Assembly (NCBI GenBank): GCA_040224245.1
Contig: JBEGIR010000004.1
Coordinates: forward strand, 26,707 to 90,706
Length of the DNA stretch: 64,000 bases
Reading direction: 5' to 3'
Origin: Puniceicoccaceae bacterium
GTDB lineage: Bacteria; Verrucomicrobiota; Verrucomicrobiia; Opitutales; JAFGAQ01
This document shows positions 60,095 through 64,000 of this stretch, in pieces. Under the pieces are notes generated by a model. That model ran no database searches. It was not told where the DNA came from and saw only the letters and a program-made list of their open reading frames with translations. Numbering within the stretch: the stretch's first letter is position 1; every line of letters begins with the position of its first letter. Made by a program: the position numbers and the translations under genes.

Positions 60095-62923
60095 TCAGGC
60101 GGCGAGCCAGTTCTCCGAACTCAGAATTGCAATGAGGCGTTCGCGAATGGCTTCCAATCGCTCAGCATCAATCTTGCGCTTTCGATTCTCGTCACTCAGC
60201 AACAGAGTACCTGTGGCAATTCCATTGTTGGTCGCAATGCGCACCGAATCGATATTCAAACCTTCCTTGGAGAGCGTGCGGCTGACACGATAGAGCAGTC
60301 CGATGCGGTCTTTGCCCTGATAATCGGCCACAATCTGCCGCAACTCCTCGTCAAAATAAAGATCCACCCGCACCGGGAAAGCGGCATCAAATGGATTTTG
60401 TGCGAGCATGGATGCCTTTTTCTGACTGAGTTCATACTGCTCACGAACGAGTTCGAGCGCTTTCTCTCCCTGAACCAATATCGTTTCAATCGAATGTTCG
60501 AATGCAGCACGGACCTGCTCACTTTCGACCAACCCTGATTTCCCATGACTGACATAGAAGGTATCGATCGCAATGTGGTCTTCTCGCGAAATCGCGCGGG
60601 CTTTCAGAATGTTCATGCCCGCAGCACTGATGGCACCCGCAAGTTTGTAAAACAGTCCCGAGCGATCCCAGGTGACCACCGTGATCACGCTGAATCCACC
60701 CACAGCATCATCCTGCCACTCGACGACGGGCTTGAGGCTGCCCAGCGAATCCGCAGATCGAATGGTCTCCAGCAGGCGGTGCACCAGCGAAATGTGCAAT
60801 TCTACATCTTCGACGCTGCGTGTTTCAAAATAACGCACAGGCAGCAACTGAAAATGTGCGTCGATCTCATCGACACCCACACCAGGAATCGCCTGATCCT
60901 TGATTTCCATTCGCGTCATGGCTGAGCGGTTCTCCGTGGTTGCATTCCCAGATTCATGGTGTTGGGGCTCCAGTTCCAGTTGTCGAATCACCTCGGAATA
61001 GATGCTCGAGAGCGTCTCCAGAGAGTGCACTTGCCAGTATTGTGCATTGCGTCCGAGGGAGTCGCAGTAGTGAAACCAGATCGAAAAACGTGCGGTTTCA
61101 TGATCGTTGAGGATGTTGGCAATTTTCTGGATAAATCGAGAGTCATCAGGATCCACACGCTGCCAGAAGCGTGCCACATTTCGATGCTTGTCAATAAATG
61201 TCAGGATTCGCTTCGCCATCTCGGGTTCGACCTGCAACCGTTTCAGAATCGCCCCCACATCAGCGCCCTTTCGCATCGGAGTATCCGCCACGCCAGAGGA
61301 GAGGCCGGGAAAGCGGAGCGAAAACAACAACAGTATCCAATACAGCTCATTGAGCGATGCTCCATCTGGCGGTTCCGGCAAAAACGAACGATGGCGGTGC
61401 TGCGGATCGCACACTACCGCATCCAGTCGCTGGATCGATTTGAGCACTTTCTGATCTTCCGCATAGCGCACCATGAAATGATCGTGCTGCACCAGGCAGT
61501 GCAGCATCTCAAATTCGGGAATGACCCGCGCTAGAAACCCTGCGTTGTACATTTCCTCCAGCACCGGAAAGACACGACCGGGCTGAGTGAACAACTGGGC
61601 CAGTCGGCAGCAGAAATCCGGACGCTTCAGCAGCTTTCCGGTCAGCTTGGGCAGGTTCGCGGCAACCAGTCGCTGCGTGTCGATGGTGGGTTTAACCTGC
61701 TTTGCCTGAATCAGCTCAAACAAGCGCAGCATCGCCATCGGGTCCGCCATGAAATCGGTTTCATTTGCGACTGAGATGCGGTCACTTTCAATGACAAACC
61801 CATCCACTTCCAGGCGCTGTACTTTTTTCACCGACAGTCGGAACAGGCGTCGGCGCTTGGCGCGCGTCGCATCATAGGTCTCGAGCACGCGCTGCTCCAC
61901 GGAGCGTGCCACCCTCAGGCTGTTGCGGGCGTGAAAATAATAATCCTTCATCAAGTGCTCAACCTGCTCGATGGCGTTGCCCTGATACCCAAGATTGACC
62001 GCTGCCAGTCGCTGCATGGAAAGGGTCAGCTCATCAGTCGCACGTCGGCTGTTGAAGTGCAGCTCGCTACGCACCCGCAACTGAAAATCATAGGCTTCTT
62101 CAAACTCCCGCATGTCCCTCGCAAAGAGGTTGTCGTGGGTGTAAAGGGTCTTGAATTTTGCCCGCCCATACATCAGGTGCAACAACCACTGCACACCCTG
62201 ATAGTCCCGTAGCCCGCCCACTCCGTTTTTCACATTGGGTTCCGGAGCAAATACACTGCCACCATACTGGGAGCGCCGATCCTCCTGCATCTGGATCATT
62301 TCCTCCAGATAGGGACGAATATCCATGCTGTCCAGGAACCGACGATACTCCCCTTCCATTTCCTGGTGAACCGTTGCCGACCCCAGGATGCGGCGGCTTT
62401 CCAGCAGCGAATTCCGGGTCTTGTAGTCCGCCTGCGCCTCATCAATGCACTCCTTCACCGAACGCGTGCTGTGACCCACTTTAAAGCCCAAGTCCCACAT
62501 CGGATACAGGACTTCGTCCGTAAGAATCTGCTTCATGGTCGCGAGCTGCGCAGAATTTGCCTTGTCTGGAAACAGAAACATGATGTCCACGTCGGACAAC
62601 GGGTTCAACTCCCCACGCCCGTATCCGCCCAGCCCCAGCAGTGCAAACTGGCACGGCAGCGTTCCCTGTCGCTCGGAATGGGTCAGAACCGCCGTGCGCA
62701 TGATGGATTCCAGCATCACGTCCACCAGCACTGCACCACAACGAGCCACCTGAAGACCGGAATCCCCCTTTCGATGATGTCGTGCGATCATCTGTCGCTC
62801 GAGTTTGAGGAACTGCTTGTAGGCTTTGAGCCGATCTTTTGCAGGGATCTCCGGCAATAGACGAATCGCCTGATTCGCATGATTGCGAATACGTCGATAG
62901 AGCGGGTCGTTGAGTTTCAGCAT
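60095..62923 (-). CDS. glnD: PII uridylyltransferase GlnD homolog, 942 aa (NTase, HD-like region, two ACT domains)
   Basis: NTase motif LGLGGYGRGELNPLSDVDIMFLF. Two C-terminal ACT domains (VITVVTWDRSGLFYKLAGAIS..., GKDRIGLLYRVSRTLSKEGLNI...). The central HD-like region looks degenerate (see findings). Confidence 0.88.
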   Translation of the reverse strand: MLKLNDPLYRRIRNHANQAIRLLPEIPAKDRLKAYKQFLKLERQMIARHHRKGDSGLQVARCGAVLVDVMLESIMRTAVLTHSERQGTLPCQFALLGLGGYGRGELNPLSDVDIMFLFPDKANSAQLATMKQILTDEVLYPMWDLGFKVGHSTRSVKECIDEAQADYKTRNSLLESRRILGSATVHQEMEGEYRRFLDSMDIRPYLEEMIQMQEDRRSQYGGSVFAPEPNVKNGVGGLRDYQGVQWLLHLMYGRAKFKTLYTHDNLFARDMREFEEAYDFQLRVRSELHFNSRRATDELTLSMQRLAAVNLGYQGNAIEQVEHLMKDYYFHARNSLRVARSVEQRVLETYDATRAKRRRLFRLSVKKVQRLEVDGFVIESDRISVANETDFMADPMAMLRLFELIQAKQVKPTIDTQRLVAANLPKLTGKLLKRPDFCCRLAQLFTQPGRVFPVLEEMYNAGFLARVIPEFEMLHCLVQHDHFMVRYAEDQKVLKSIQRLDAVVCDPQHRHRSFLPEPPDGASLNELYWILLLFSLRFPGLSSGVADTPMRKGADVGAILKRLQVEPEMAKRILTFIDKHRNVARFWQRVDPDDSRFIQKIANILNDHETARFSIWFHYCDSLGRNAQYWQVHSLETLSSIYSEVIRQLELEPQHHESGNATTENRSAMTRMEIKDQAIPGVGVDEIDAHFQLLPVRYFETRSVEDVELHISLVHRLLETIRSADSLGSLKPVVEWQDDAVGGFSVITVVTWDRSGLFYKLAGAISAAGMNILKARAISREDHIAIDTFYVSHGKSGLVESEQVRAAFEHSIETILVQGEKALELVREQYELSQKKASMLAQNPFDAAFPVRVDLYFDEELRQIVADYQGKDRIGLLYRVSRTLSKEGLNIDSVRIATNNGIATGTLLLSDENRKRKIDAERLEAIRERLIAILSSENWLAA

Positions 62924-63034
62924 AAACGGTCAGGACTCGCTGCATTGCACTCGCGTGATTCGGAATCGTCAATCCTGTTTCCGGAAAAAAGACTTTGACA
63001 ACTGCCCGTGCAATCTGGCCTAACAAAAGGGATC

Positions 63035-64000
63035 ATGGCCATCGAAAGCAAAGCGTACCGTCCTGAAAACGTCGAATCCCACTGGTATGAAAAGTGGATG
63101 ACTTCCGGACACTTTCGGGGTGTTGCAAACAACTCGCAGCCCCCCTATTCCATCGTCATTCCACCGCCAAATGTAACGGGGGTGCTGACGATGGGCCATG
63201 TGCTCAATAATACCATACAGGATGTGCTCGTGAGGGACGCCCGCCAGCGCGGTTGCAATGCCATGTGGTTGCCCGGCACCGATCATGCGGGCATCGCAAC
63301 GCAGACCCGCGTGGAGCGCGAACTACGCAAATCGGGAAAGACCCGCCACGATCTCGGACGGGAAAAATTCCTCGATCTTGCGGTGCAATGGCGAGACAAA
63401 CACGGTGGCATTATTCTCAAGCAACTGCAAAGTCTCGGTGCCTCGTGTGACTGGGACCGCACCGTTCACACTCTCGACGAACCCTATAGCAAAGCTGTTC
63501 TGACCGCCTTTGTGGAGTTGTTCAAGCGCGGCTACATCTACCGAGGCAAGCGCATGGTAAACTGGTGCCCCGTCAGCCTCACAGCGCTCTCCGATGAGGA
63601 GGTCATCATGAAGCCCCAAAAGGGTAAGCTCTACAAGATGCGCTATGCGATCGCGGAGTTGCCCGGAGAGTACATCCACATCTCCACCACCCGTCCCGAA
63701 ACCCTCATGGGCGACACTGCGGTTGCAGTGCATCCGGAGGATCCACGCTACCAGCACTTGATCGGTAAACACGCGATTCGCCCCTTCCCTCAGGCCGAAA
63801 TCCCCATCATTGCCGACACTCACGTGGAACGCGAATTTGGCACCGGGGCACTCAAGGTGACCCCGGCCCACGACAAGGCAGACTTTGAGATCGGTCAACG
63901 CCACAACCTTGAGGTCATCGACGTATTCCACCCCGATGGCACACTGAACGAACTCGCGGGTGCTCCCTTTGTCGGCATGGACCGCTTTCAGGCACGCGAA
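63035..64000 (+). CDS. valS: Valine--tRNA ligase, N-terminal 322 codons (3' end beyond the window)
   Basis: Not in the ORF track because it is open at the window edge. My own translation from ATG 63035 gives MAIESKAYRPENVESHWYEKW...IVIPPPNVTGVLTMGHVLNN...WLPGTDHAGIATQ...TTRPETLMGDTAVAVHPED...GTGALKVTPAHD. Confidence 0.95.
   Translation, partial: MAIESKAYRPENVESHWYEKWMTSGHFRGVANNSQPPYSIVIPPPNVTGVLTMGHVLNNTIQDVLVRDARQRGCNAMWLPGTDHAGIATQTRVERELRKSGKTRHDLGREKFLDLAVQWRDKHGGIILKQLQSLGASCDWDRTVHTLDEPYSKAVLTAFVELFKRGYIYRGKRMVNWCPVSLTALSDEEVIMKPQKGKLYKMRYAIAELPGEYIHISTTRPETLMGDTAVAVHPEDPRYQHLIGKHAIRPFPQAEIPIIADTHVEREFGTGALKVTPAHDKADFEIGQRHNLEVIDVFHPDGTLNELAGAPFVGMDRFQARE

Noticed and set aside
63323-63931. 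202-aa minus-strand ORF near the right edge
   Set aside because: Antisense to valS. The plus frame, which is not in the track because it is open-ended, translates into an unmistakable ValRS N-terminus.

Overview
All calls below come from reading the ORF translations and the DNA by eye; no database search or computation was run. The window is a densely packed chromosomal segment of about 64 kb with roughly 46 protein-coding genes. I could not recognise any rRNA or tRNA gene, CRISPR array, transposase or integrase. The gene content suggests a glycan-degrading member of the PVC superphylum, possibly Verrucomicrobiota/Opitutia-like. This is an inference from three things: a PF07638-type ECF sigma factor directly followed by a Ser/Thr kinase, a 1233-aa TonB-dependent receptor without SusD next to GH29/GH2 glycosidases, and many 4-nt ATGA start/stop overlaps. 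Housekeeping genes are a class I/II aminotransferase, ugd, zwf plus an opcA-like gene, infA, cysK, tadA, a DEAD-box helicase, nrdR, trpG/pabA, metA, proA, glnD and valS (3' end cut by the window edge). Accessory modules are an RND efflux operon ending in a TetR gene, two ECF sigma modules, a heme oxygenase/bacteriophytochrome operon (bphO-bphP, with a hybrid kinase), a PUL-like locus (TBDR, GH29, two GH2), a secreted six-repeat DUF4214-like protein, and a PiT-like permease next to a GAF-GAF histidine kinase. The best candidate for an undescribed system is a five-gene minus-strand operon at 4343-9387. It encodes a DinB-fold protein, an NRDE/TANGO2-like protein, an 806-aa fusion (alpha/beta-hydrolase-like, DedA/VTT and ATP-grasp domains), a DCC thiol-disulfide oxidoreductase and a CPBP intramembrane protease. 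The last four genes are chained by three consecutive ATGA overlaps. Secondary points are an apparently degenerate HD domain in GlnD, a perfect 17-bp palindrome in front of the TBDR gene, and a leader inverted repeat that covers the zwf ribosome-binding region.
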